From: a virus | IMG/VR virus record: IMGVR_UViG_3300029986_000003 | DNA: 38,053 nt | Reading direction: 5' to 3' (one strand) | Shown: positions 8,157-15,677 of the stretch, piece after piece | Layout of the letters: each line of letters begins with the position of its first letter | How positions within the stretch are numbered: position 1 is the stretch's first letter | Notes under the pieces: model-generated | Told to the model about the DNA's origin: nothing | The model's input: only the letters and a program-made list of their open reading frames with translations | Database searches by the model: none | Program-made: the position numbers and the translations under genes

Positions 8157-8300
8157 TTATAGCTTCGCTGCTACGCTTCGCGCTTCCAACTGTGCGGATG
8201 CGGCAAGGGCCTTCGCTTCGGCAATAGCCTTGTTTTTGTAGACTGCGGTCAGGACAACGCCCGCCACGAACGCAACGATTACACCGATAACATATGCCAT
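8157..8300 (-). CDS. 47-aa single-pass membrane protein, the last gene of the lysis cassette
   Basis: ATG at 8300 with GAGGA upstream. MAYVIGVIVAFVAGVVLTAVYKNKAIAEAKALAASAQLEARSVAAKL is one TM helix followed by an amphipathic helix. Confidence 0.55.
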   Translation of the reverse strand: MAYVIGVIVAFVAGVVLTAVYKNKAIAEAKALAASAQLEARSVAAKL

Positions 8301-8307
8301 ATCATCC

Positions 8308-8631
8308 TCATTCCGGATTGGTTGGGGGGCAGGGCGCGTCTGGCGGCTGTACCTGCGCCTGCGCGTTGGGTGCCCGGTTATTGATCGAGTCAGCGCCATA
8401 CTTGAGCGCTGCAAGCGTACCGCAAAGCATTGTTGCAAATGTGCCCGCCGAGCCAAGAAAAGTCACAATGTCTGTCACTGTGACGACCGCGTGGAGCTTG
8501 TAAAGCAGACAGGAAACCCATGATACTACAGCGATTACGACGATCAGCACGCAGACCTTGGTATTGCTCACCGTGCCGTCCTTGTCGCTCAGTTGCGACC
8601 GGAGAAATCCCGCTGCCCAGTTGCCGCTCAT
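8308..8631 (-). CDS. Holin-like protein (107 aa, two predicted TM helices)
   Basis: Hydrophobic stretches VCVLIVVIAVVSWVSCLLY and IVTFLGSAGTFATMLCGTLAAL, with a polar Pro-rich C-terminus. Lies in a cassette with the endolysin. ATGA coupling with the upstream ORF. Confidence 0.6.
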   Translation of the reverse strand: MSGNWAAGFLRSQLSDKDGTVSNTKVCVLIVVIAVVSWVSCLLYKLHAVVTVTDIVTFLGSAGTFATMLCGTLAALKYGADSINNRAPNAQAQVQPPDAPCPPTNPE

Positions 8632-8801
8632 GCTTCCTCCTGAGAAGCTGGCCTTCCCTTAGCGCAAAACTCGCAAGATCGAGGATCACCAGTACAGCGG
8701 GCTTTAGTCCCGTCTTTGGCTGTAAGAACATGAGGGCCGCAATAGCGCTCTACTTGTCTTGCGTCCCACGCGGCCTGTTCAGTTGCCCAACGTCCGCTCA
8801 T
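8628..8801 (-). CDS. Unlisted 57-aa four-Cys ORF inside the lysis cassette
   Basis: ATG at 8801 overlaps the stop of 8798..9427 (ATGA), and its TGA overlaps the holin ATG at 8631 (ATGA). MSGRWATEQAAWDARQVERYCGPHVLTAKDGTKARCTGDPRSCEFCAKGRPASQEEA. It fills the gap between the two genes exactly. Confidence 0.5.
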   Translation of the reverse strand: MSGRWATEQAAWDARQVERYCGPHVLTAKDGTKARCTGDPRSCEFCAKGRPASQEEA

Positions 8802-9427
8802 TTGCTCAGCCTTCCTGCCGCGTAGGCGACGCCGGCCGTCACGCCGATCTGAATTGCATCATGCTTGAACCGCTTCCAGAACGTTCCACCCTTGGCGGTA
8901 GCCTCCCAGGTATCGCGCTCTTTGGTCACCGCGGCGAGCTGGCTGGCCGTGCCCTGCTGAATCACCGCCGCACTGGCCGCGTTGAGTGTGCAGGCGTTGA
9001 GTTTGGCGCTGCTCTCATCGCAATTTAGCTTGTAGGCCTGGAACGCGGGAATGTCGGCCTGCGGAATCACGAGCTCTTGCGAGGCTGGCGCGGTGGCCGT
9101 AGCCGGAACCTGCTGGACTTGGACCTGCGCCGGAAGGTTGGGCGTAGTGTTGGCGACTACGGCCGCCTGCTGAGGCGTTACCACAATGGTGCGCTGATTA
9201 GCAATAGCGGCAAGCTGCGCCTTGAGATCGTTGGCAGTCTGCGCTTGGTCGGCCTTGGCCTGGTCGATGGACTTCTGCGCCGCGGTGATTACCTGCTGCT
9301 GCGCAGACTGCATACTCTCAGCCTTGAGGTGCGCGTCATGCTCCTGAAGCAGCTCATAGCCGCCGAGCACCAGCGCAAGCGCCAGGATCGCGCCGGCCAC
9401 AATCGCAAAAGTTCGCGAGATTGTCAT
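8798..9427 (-). CDS. Membrane-anchored coiled-coil protein (209 aa), i-spanin-like
   Basis: ATG at 9427 overlaps the endolysin stop (ATGA). N-terminal TM FAIVAGAILALALVLGG, a Q/A-rich coiled coil, and a C-terminal hydrophobic stretch AIQIGVTAGVAYAAG. Its position after the endolysin is typical of Rz. Confidence 0.5.
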   Translation of the reverse strand: MTISRTFAIVAGAILALALVLGGYELLQEHDAHLKAESMQSAQQQVITAAQKSIDQAKADQAQTANDLKAQLAAIANQRTIVVTPQQAAVVANTTPNLPAQVQVQQVPATATAPASQELVIPQADIPAFQAYKLNCDESSAKLNACTLNAASAAVIQQGTASQLAAVTKERDTWEATAKGGTFWKRFKHDAIQIGVTAGVAYAAGRLSK

Positions 9428-9873
9428 GCTGTCTCCCACATCGCAAGCTCAGCTTTGCGCCGAGCAGTTAGTCCCGGCTGGTGCACGCCTGCGGCCATGT
9501 CCCACTTGAGCAGCCCCTGGCCGGCTGCGGCGTAGTCTCCAGCGTTGAGCAGTTTGAGCAGCGTCGATCCTGCCAGGCGGCCAGCGCCGAGGTTGAAAAC
9601 AAAGTCCGTGAGCGCGTCGAGATGGCCTTGAGCGAGCGGCACATGCACTATCCGCGCTACCTGCTCGGCGGCCCAGTCCGCATCGTCGATCAGCAGTAAA
9701 AGAGCATCCGACGCGGTGATATTGCGCGTCTTGGCATCTCCGGCCAGCTCTGCGCTTGTGAGCTTGTGCCCATACCCAACCGTCCAGTACCCTGCAAGAT
9801 CGAGGTACGGCGTCAGGCGCAGGCCTTCGCTGCGCTTGATCAGGTCGAGGCAATTTTGGCTGGGATGCAACAT
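9424..9873 (-). CDS. Endolysin, T4-lysozyme-like (GH24) muramidase (149 aa)
   Basis: RSEGLRLTPYLDLAGYWTVGYGH carries the Glu-x8-Asp-x5-Thr catalytic spacing of the T4 lysozyme family. First gene of the late block. Confidence 0.85.
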   Translation of the reverse strand: MLHPSQNCLDLIKRSEGLRLTPYLDLAGYWTVGYGHKLTSAELAGDAKTRNITASDALLLLIDDADWAAEQVARIVHVPLAQGHLDALTDFVFNLGAGRLAGSTLLKLLNAGDYAAAGQGLLKWDMAAGVHQPGLTARRKAELAMWETA

Positions 9874-9879
9874 GGGAAG

Positions 9880-9888
9880 ATTCTACCA
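9880..9888 (-). promoter_or_regulatory. Candidate extended -10 element TGGTAGAAT, 6 nt upstream of the endolysin ATG
   Basis: Reverse complement of 9880..9888 is TGGTAGAAT, followed by CTTCCC and then ATG (9873). No Shine-Dalgarno sequence is present, and the spacing would put the transcript start on the A of the ATG. Confidence 0.3.
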
Positions 9889-9921
9889 CAAGCGCCGGAT
9901 TGGAGTGATGACAACAACATC

Positions 9922-9950
9922 TTGACAGCATTGGCAATTTATTGAGTAAT
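9922..9950 (+). promoter_or_regulatory. Candidate sigma70-type promoter for 9974..10387
   Basis: TTGACA (9922..9927), 17-nt spacer, AGTAAT (9945..9950). GGGGA SD before the ATG at 9974. The -35 box is part of a 7-bp inverted repeat, CTTGACA...TGTCAAG. Confidence 0.45.
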
Positions 9951-9973
9951 ATATATGTCAAGGGGATGCTCAC

Positions 9974-10387
9974 ATGAAACCGCGAAACATAACGCACGGA
10001 ATGAGAAAGACTCTGATCTATGGTGTTTGGACCTCTATGAAAAACAGATGTCGTAACCCTAAAGTGACTGCTTATAAGTACTACGGGGGAAGAGGCATTA
10101 AAGTGTGCGAGAGATGGCTTTCCTTTGAAAACTTCTTCTCCGACATGGGGCCTGCGCCAAGCAAGAAGCACAACATAGACCGCATCGACAACGATGGGGA
10201 TTACAAACCGGCGAACTGCCGATGGGCGACAGCTAAGCAACAAAGGGAAAATCAGAGGATACCTAGCGTGCATTATTTGAACGCTTCGGAGATTGCTGCG
10301 CTGGTTGGAATATCCAGGCAAAGGCTTTACCAAAGGATCGATAAGTATGGGAACCTAGAGCGCGCACTACGAAACTATTCAAAATAA
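9974..10387 (+). CDS. Homing-endonuclease-like / DNA-binding protein (137 aa), short paralogue of 5219..5833
   Basis: [86 protein letters not shown] followed by an HTH-like tail ([19 protein letters not shown]). Opposite strand to the late block and AT-rich. Confidence 0.7.
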   Translation: MKPRNITHGMRKTLIYGVWTSMKNRCRNPKVTAYKYYGGRGIKVCERWLSFENFFSDMGPAPSKKHNIDRIDNDGDYKPANCRWATAKQQRENQRIPSVHYLNASEIAALVGISRQRLYQRIDKYGNLERALRNYSK

Positions 10388-11098
10388 ATAACTTAAATGT
10401 GAGCGATATACACTCAGATAATATGATCGAACTTATTCTTGACACACCAATTATGCTGTTTGCAAGAGCAAAGCGACAAAGCAAGCAGTTGTGACAGACG
10501 ACATCGCCGCCCATCACTCAGGTGATTCCAGCGGTACCTAAATTCCCTACTACATATCAGCACAATTCCAGGACTGCGCCCCGGACCCCGCTTCTCCTGT
10601 ATCCACAGGAGGCACAGTTATTTGTGCGCGTGCTGGCGACATTGTCAGGTGGAGAGAAGGGCAGGAATCAAAATTCGAACACTTCACGTAAACTATTTCT
10701 AATCTAAGACATACGGCATCCCTACGGGCTATACCCGTTCTGCGCAGCATCTCTTGGCATGGCGTGTCAGGTCTTGATTGCAATCTGATCAGCTTAGTAT
10801 TGGAAAGCCCATTTGACCGGGGCGTTGCCGTGTCGCGGCATCAAACAGCCGCCCGTTGCCCGGATTTTCGCTGTGATTGCTTTCATGCGTGTCTCTTTCG
10901 CTACCTGTCGTACTCAAGCGGACCGTTGTTATTGGGCTGAGTGTTCCGCGAACTCCCCGAATCGATTTCTCGACTCTGCCATGCGTTGACACTTGAATTG
11001 TCGCACATGGATGCGGTACACTTCAACTGCGGGGTGCCTGTCGATCATCCCTTCACAGCCAGCGTTGACACCTAGCCGTGACATCCCGCAAATCTCAA

Positions 11099-11131
11099 GC
11101 CCTCAGCCTAAAAACTGGGGGCTTTTATTTT
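11099..11131 (+). terminator. Rho-independent terminator (plus strand)
   Basis: GCCCTCAG (11099..11106), 8-nt loop CCTAAAAA, CTGGGGGC (11115..11122; 8 bp including one G-U pair), then TTTTATTTT. Confidence 0.6.
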
Positions 11132-11153
11132 GCGAAAATAATCAATATTCCTC

Positions 11154-11183
11154 TTGACACATTCCGGCATTGTGGCGCATGAT
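11154..11183 (+). promoter_or_regulatory. Candidate early promoter
   Basis: TTGACA (11154..11159), 18-nt spacer, CATGAT (11178..11183). Lies immediately after the terminator and about 200 nt upstream of the first early ORF. Confidence 0.35.
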
Positions 11184-11383
11184 GATTGTGTTGGTGATGA
11201 GCGTCCATCTTCGACGCAAACGAAAATCAGAAAGGCCGGTGAGCGCATGTAGCACACAGTGTTGGCTCCTAGCCAAAATGAATAAATAAGCAACGCGCCT
11301 TTAGTGGCTATGCGGGCCGGAGCGCAGAGTGGAACCTCCGGCACAGCACACAGCGGTACTCAACCGCATAAGGAGCAGCAAAA

Positions 11384-11635
11384 ATGGGCGCAGAGGAAGG
11401 CGCTCATGCGCGAAAGGGGAAGGATTATATGACCAGCGAAGAAATAAGGAAATTCGAAATTTACGATTTCACGAATCGCCAAAGCGCAGAGCCTCTTATA
11501 CGTGATGCAGTTGAGATGCTACGCGAGATCGCCGCGCAACTCGCACAACTCAACGAAGGTCTCGCATCCTTGACGCAGCCAGGCGGACCGCAGCTCAACG
11601 CACGAGTAACGCAGGAGGCACCATGCAAGCATTAG
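11384..11635 (+). CDS. Hypothetical early protein (83 aa; alternative start at 11429)
   Basis: AGGAG 8 nt before the ATG at 11384. The ATG at 11429 also has GGAAGGA upstream. Helical; first ORF of the plus-strand block. Confidence 0.6.
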   Translation: MGAEEGAHARKGKDYMTSEEIRKFEIYDFTNRQSAEPLIRDAVEMLREIAAQLAQLNEGLASLTQPGGPQLNARVTQEAPCKH

Positions 11636-11730
11636 CAGTACTCGCAATTTTCCCGGCCATCGGCCTGCTGTTCATGGCCGCAATCATCACCCGCGACACC
11701 TGGATTGGAGGCCGCGCATGGAAAGAGTAG
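11623..11730 (+). CDS. Unlisted 35-aa hydrophobic peptide
   Basis: GCAGGAGGCACC then ATG (consensus SD). MQALAVLAIFPAIGLLFMAAIITRDTWIGGRAWKE is one TM helix. Overlaps both neighbouring ORFs by a few codons. Confidence 0.45.
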   Translation: MQALAVLAIFPAIGLLFMAAIITRDTWIGGRAWKE

Positions 11731-12014
11731 GCGTACCACTATCGGTTCTGTGCGAGGCGGCCGAAGACGCGCAAGTCCGCGCAGAGATTGCCAAGCAGAT
11801 CGTCGGCGAGTGGATGGACTGCCCAGAGCATATGGACACTGCGCACTCGCTTAACATCTACCCTTTCGCAAACATCCTGCGCGAGTCATGGATTCGGCGC
11901 GCATGGCGCTTTGTGTGCGGCATGAACTGGCCGATGATTGGTGCGCTGCTGTTTTGTTTGGTGATCGAAGGCGCAGCGGTCTGGGCTATCTATCACGCGA
12001 TTGTGGGGTGGTAA
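11718..12014 (+). CDS. Hypothetical protein (98 aa) with a C-terminal TM helix
   Basis: MERVGVPLSVLCEAAEDAQVRAEI...WPMIGALLFCLVIEGAAVWAIYHAIVGW. Confidence 0.55.
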   Translation: MERVGVPLSVLCEAAEDAQVRAEIAKQIVGEWMDCPEHMDTAHSLNIYPFANILRESWIRRAWRFVCGMNWPMIGALLFCLVIEGAAVWAIYHAIVGW

Positions 12015-12318
12015 CTTGGACCGAGAAGCAATATGGACAGCCGCAATCAGCGCAGGATACCGCTCGGCACGTGACCATGACCGCATCGCCTGGAACGACG
12101 ACGACTGGCGCGCAATGATCGAGGAGTTTGACAGGCAGAGTCCGCCGCTTGAGCTTATGCCTACCGCGATCATTCGAGCAGAGGTCAAACGCCGCGTTGT
12201 GCATGGCCGAAAGAAGCCTAAGAACGAACGCCCGTGCGTTGGATGTGGAGCGCTTCTGGGCGCACGAGAGAGGCGCACCGCTTGCCCCATGTGCGGTGCA
12301 AGGAATCCACGCAAGTAA
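12001..12318 (+). CDS. Hypothetical protein with a C-terminal zinc ribbon (start uncertain: TTG at 12001 or 12016)
   Basis: C-terminal CVGCGALLGARERRTACPMCG (CxxC-x12-CxxC). No ATG near the 5' end. Confidence 0.5.
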   Translation: MWGGNLDREAIWTAAISAGYRSARDHDRIAWNDDDWRAMIEEFDRQSPPLELMPTAIIRAEVKRRVVHGRKKPKNERPCVGCGALLGARERRTACPMCGARNPRK

Positions 12319-12357
12319 CAACTCTGAATAGGCACTACGGTGCCTGGAGGAATTGTA

Positions 12358-12660
12358 ATGAAAAATCAACCTCTGGAAGTTTCTGTTGATGGCGAAGAGC
12401 TAGTAATTCGCATCGGTATCGATGTTGTTGCGTTCGCTGCAAACGAGAGCGACCACTTCAAAACTTACGACCTTGATACTGGAGATTGGGTGCAGAAATT
12501 CAAGGTTACGGGCCCGCTGGAGTTCTCCAGAGATGTAAAGAGGGCGATGTTGAACGAGGGCGAAGACGGCAGCACCCCGCTCTCTCGATTCCTCGACAAG
12601 ATGAACGTCGCGGCATTGGAAGACGGATCGACGGGAATCGAGTTTCCCGAAGACAAGTAA
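12358..12660 (+). CDS. Hypothetical acidic protein (100 aa)
   Basis: GGAGGAATTGTA then the ATG at 12358. MKNQPLEVSVDGEELVIRIGIDVVAFAANESDHFK.... Confidence 0.65.
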   Translation: MKNQPLEVSVDGEELVIRIGIDVVAFAANESDHFKTYDLDTGDWVQKFKVTGPLEFSRDVKRAMLNEGEDGSTPLSRFLDKMNVAALEDGSTGIEFPEDK

Positions 12661-12790
12661 GTAACGTCGCGATACGCACTACACGCAAAATAAACATGTG
12701 CGCAGTGCGTAAATCATGCTACATTTGATCTGCGCTAGTTATCACGATAGAGCACAACCAAAACAATCAACCGCAGTACCGGAGAGCATC

Positions 12791-13021
12791 ATGAATAACT
12801 CCTTTTCTTCTTCGCCCGCATCAACCCCCAAAAAATTACAAGATTACACAGAGATCCTCGCAGGCTGGGAGGAAGACGTAAAGGCGTCTGAATCTCGCGT
12901 GGACGAATGCGGACGCAACCTGCTGGAAGCGCTGAAGACTCTGCGCTCCGACCGCAATCACCTTGACCAACTGCGCTACCTTATGGCCGAATTCAAGCGC
13001 CAGGAAGAGGCCGCATCATGA
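12791..13021 (+). CDS. Hypothetical coiled-coil protein (76 aa)
   Basis: GGAGAGCATC then the ATG at 12791. MNNSFSSSPASTPKKLQDYTEILAGWEEDVKASESRVDE.... Confidence 0.55.
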   Translation: MNNSFSSSPASTPKKLQDYTEILAGWEEDVKASESRVDECGRNLLEALKTLRSDRNHLDQLRYLMAEFKRQEEAAS

Positions 13022-13194
13022 GCTGGTATAGCCCACAAGACTATCGCGGTGAGCATGATGGAGACGGGATCGAAAGGCGTAGACTTGCGGCTGTAGATCG
13101 CGCCTACTATCGCGCAATCAATCATAGCCATGACGACGAAGACGCGGCACACGAAAGCGCACGGCAGCGCGAGATTGACGAGGAGGAAAAATAG
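13018..13194 (+). CDS. Unlisted 58-aa acidic ORF
   Basis: ATGA overlap with the upstream stop. MSWYSPQDYRGEHDGDGIERRRLAAVDRAYYRAINHSHDDEDAAHESARQREIDEEEK. Fills the gap to the next ORF. Confidence 0.45.
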   Translation: MSWYSPQDYRGEHDGDGIERRRLAAVDRAYYRAINHSHDDEDAAHESARQREIDEEEK

Positions 13195-13196
13195 CT

Positions 13197-13289
13197 ATGT
13201 GGACAACAGGCGACATTGTGGGCATTATTTGTCTTGTGGGTTTCTTTGCGTTATTACTGATTACATGCGCCTTAGGGGATAACCGATGA
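13197..13289 (+). CDS. Unlisted 30-aa hydrophobic peptide
   Basis: GAGGAGGAAAAATAGCT then ATG. MWTTGDIVGIICLVGFFALLLITCALGDNR. Its stop overlaps the erf ATG (ATGA). Confidence 0.4.
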   Translation: MWTTGDIVGIICLVGFFALLLITCALGDNR

Positions 13290-14065
13290 CAGATACATCA
13301 TTAACCAAACAGCAGCCAGCACCACTCGCTCCCATGCAGCCTATGCAGATGATCCAGGTGGCCTTTCAAAAGGCGATGGATGATGGCGGCGCGGCTGCCC
13401 TAGCAGTAGCAAAAGAGATCCTTGAGCAGATGGAAAAGCAGCGCGACTTTGAAGCGCGCGACAAGTTCAACTCTTCATTGCTCCGCATTCAGCAAACCTT
13501 GAAACCAATAGTCAAGCGCGGCACCGGCGAAAAGCCAGGAGCAAAATACGCGCTCATTGAAGACATTGACGCGGCGCTGAATCCCCTACTCGCGGAAGAG
13601 CGCATGAACCTAACCTTTGAACCGGCAATCAGCGACAAGCAGAGCACTATCGTTGTGACCGCCATTCTCGCCCAAGGAGCATACGAGCGGCGCTATCCGC
13701 TGGAGATGCCTGCAGATGGCGCAGGGCCCAAGGGTGGGCAGGTTATGACCCGAACGCATGCCACTGGTAGCGCGATGACCTACGCGAAGCGCTACCTAAA
13801 GAACTTCATCTTCGATCTGCAATTCAAGCAGAAAGACGATGACGGCAACCGCGCAGGAGGAAAGCAGCCGGGTACACTCGATGAGCGCGAACACCTGACC
13901 CACCTTGATAACATCCGCAACGCCAATGACGCCGATGAGCTCCGCAAGATGTACATGGCCGCGCAGAATGCCGCAGACGCGACCGGCGATACCAAGAGCA
14001 CGATCACCTTCGCGGACGCGAAGAACAAGCGGTACAGGGAACTGCAAGCGGGAGGAAGGATTTAG
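13286..14065 (+). CDS. erf: ERF-family single-strand annealing protein (259 aa)
   Basis: ...KYALIEDIDAALNPLLAEERM...THATGSAMTYAKRYLKNFIFDLQFKQKDDDGN matches the ERF signature (G-S-A-x-T-Y-A-K-R-Y ... DDDG). Sits next to an exonuclease and RusA. Confidence 0.75.
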   Translation: MTDTSLTKQQPAPLAPMQPMQMIQVAFQKAMDDGGAAALAVAKEILEQMEKQRDFEARDKFNSSLLRIQQTLKPIVKRGTGEKPGAKYALIEDIDAALNPLLAEERMNLTFEPAISDKQSTIVVTAILAQGAYERRYPLEMPADGAGPKGGQVMTRTHATGSAMTYAKRYLKNFIFDLQFKQKDDDGNRAGGKQPGTLDEREHLTHLDNIRNANDADELRKMYMAAQNAADATGDTKSTITFADAKNKRYRELQAGGRI

Positions 14066-14066
14066 C

Positions 14067-14264
14067 GTGGATCAAGAGAAGCGCGATCAGATGTACGAAT
14101 TTATGGCTAGCGATACGCTTGAATTGCTTCGCGGATCGCGCAACCCTTCAGCTCAAAAGTATTTCCTGATTGGGCTATGCTTGGCAGTTCAAATGATGCT
14201 TGCGGAAGAGAAAGACCCCGAAGATGAGCATCCTTCACCGTTTCCGACAGGAGTAGAGGCATGA
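14067..14264 (+). CDS. Hypothetical protein (65 aa; GTG start, alternative ATG at 14091)
   Basis: GGAGGAAGG 7 nt before the GTG at 14067. Its stop overlaps the next ATG (ATGA). Confidence 0.45.
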   Translation: MDQEKRDQMYEFMASDTLELLRGSRNPSAQKYFLIGLCLAVQMMLAEEKDPEDEHPSPFPTGVEA

Positions 14265-15670
14265 GACTGAACGCAGAAGCACACGCACAACCTAAATCAT
14301 CGGAGAAACTTTGTGGATGCGGTTTTCCTCCTCATGTTGGCCGCTGCCAACCTGAAATCATCGCGCCCGAGACTGAGGAATCCACTATCACATCGCTGGC
14401 GCTGATCGAAACCACACCAGCATCGCTGGTTTACGCCCCCGGCGCCCTCGCCGCGCTGGTCGATAAGCTCAAGCAGGAAGTCCGCAGCCAACTTGCAACG
14501 CTGGACGTATCCATTCCGAAAGACAAAGCGCGCATTATCTCGCTCTCTGCGCGGGTCGCCAAAGCGAAAGTCAAGCTCGACGAGATGGGCGCTGACCTTA
14601 CCGAGGAGCACCGCGCCGTGGTGACGGCCGTCAATGCCGACCGCAAGACAATGCGCGATGACTTGGACGCATTCAAGGTCGAAGTGCGCAAGCCGGTTAC
14701 CGATCTGGAAAACGCGGAGAAAGTGCGCGTTGCGGCGCACGAGGCTGTGATTCACCAGATAGAAGAACTTGGCAAGATGGACCGCCCGTTGAACCTTGAC
14801 GAGATCGAGGCGCGCGCCGCGCAGGTGAGCATCCTTGCTGATCGCGATTGGCAGGAGTTCAAGCAGCGGGCTACCGGAGCCAAGGTGATGGCGATGGAAG
14901 CGCTATCTGAAGCGCAAGACCGCGCACTGGAATCCATTCGCCTGCGCGAGGAGTTGGAACGCTTACGCGCCGCTGAAGCTGAACGCGCCATCAAGGAACG
15001 CGAGGAAGCAGCCGCCAAAGCCGCCCAGGATGCCGCAGAGCGCCGCGCAGCCGAACAAGCACGTATCGCACGCGAAGCCGCCGAGCGTGAGCGCCAGCGG
15101 GTCGAGAATGAGCGCGCAGAGGCTGAGGCGCGGGCGAAGCAAGCCGAAGCGGAGAAGATCGCAGCGGAATTACGCGCAGAAGCATTGCGCCTAACAGAGG
15201 CCGAATCCTATCAGGCGCAATTGGCAAAGGAACGCCGCGAAGCAGCGGAAGCGGAAGAGCGCGCGCAGCAGGCTATGCGGGATACCGAGGCACGGCGCAT
15301 TGCGGAGGCTGAGCGCACGGAACAGCTACTTGCCGAGATGGAATCACGCGCCGCCGCCGAGCGGACACGAATAGAGCAGGAGCGCATCGCTAAAGCAGAG
15401 GCAGCAGAGCGCCGCGAATACGAAGCGCAGCAGAAGGCGGAACGTGACCAGATCGCGGCGGTTGAAGCCGAGCGCCAGCGGGTAGCAGCGCAGAAGAAGG
15501 CGGAACTCGAAGAGGCTGAGAAGCGCGCAAAGAACCGTGCGCACCGGGGCGCGATTCACCGGGAAGCGCTGCAAGCGCTCTGCACCTTCGGCATGACGCA
15601 GGAGCAAGGCAAGGAGCTTATCGAGTCCATCGCAAAGAACGAAATCCCGCACATCAGCATCCAGTACTGA
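14261..15670 (+). CDS. Long coiled-coil protein (469 aa) of the recombination module
   Basis: Central stretch of roughly 220 aa is almost pure E/A/R/K/Q coiled coil (AEAERAIKEREEAAAKAAQDAAERRAAEQARIAREAAERERQR...). The C-terminal end GMTQEQGKELIESIAKNEIPHISIQY and the position next to Erf recall DUF1351-type proteins (from memory). Confidence 0.6.
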   Translation: MRLNAEAHAQPKSSEKLCGCGFPPHVGRCQPEIIAPETEESTITSLALIETTPASLVYAPGALAALVDKLKQEVRSQLATLDVSIPKDKARIISLSARVAKAKVKLDEMGADLTEEHRAVVTAVNADRKTMRDDLDAFKVEVRKPVTDLENAEKVRVAAHEAVIHQIEELGKMDRPLNLDEIEARAAQVSILADRDWQEFKQRATGAKVMAMEALSEAQDRALESIRLREELERLRAAEAERAIKEREEAAAKAAQDAAERRAAEQARIAREAAERERQRVENERAEAEARAKQAEAEKIAAELRAEALRLTEAESYQAQLAKERREAAEAEERAQQAMRDTEARRIAEAERTEQLLAEMESRAAAERTRIEQERIAKAEAAERREYEAQQKAERDQIAAVEAERQRVAAQKKAELEEAEKRAKNRAHRGAIHREALQALCTFGMTQEQGKELIESIAKNEIPHISIQY

Positions 15671-15677
15671 GGAGACT

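Noticed and set aside
8390-8731. 113-aa minus-strand ORF overlapping the holin-like gene
   Set aside because: It is an alternative frame of the two-TM holin-like ORF and of the coupled 57-aa ORF. It is Arg-rich and breaks the ATGA-coupled gene chain.
9449-10333. 294-aa minus-strand ORF
   Set aside because: It runs in an alternative frame through the endolysin gene and antisense through 9974..10387. The composition is Arg/Pro/Ala-rich. Both overlapped genes have clear family motifs.
10794-10886. 30-aa minus-strand ORF (MKAITAKIRATGGCLMPRHGNAPVKWAFQY) in the control region
   Set aside because: It has no convincing SD, is isolated rather than coupled to any gene, and has unremarkable composition. 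The evidence is insufficient.
10388-11383. tRNA or tmRNA gene in the ORF-poor region
   Set aside because: I scanned by eye for the GTTCRANYC T-loop with a flanking acceptor stem on both strands. Only a weak ATTCGAAC at about 10672 turned up, with no matching cloverleaf arms. A tRNAscan-SE or ARAGORN run would be decisive.
12330-12346. Sigma54 promoter (GGCAC-N5-TGC) within the palindromic elements
   Set aside because: The GG-to-GC spacing is one base shorter than the strict TGGCAC-N5-TTGC consensus, and the -12 TTGC is replaced by GTGCC. No enhancer-binding protein gene is present.
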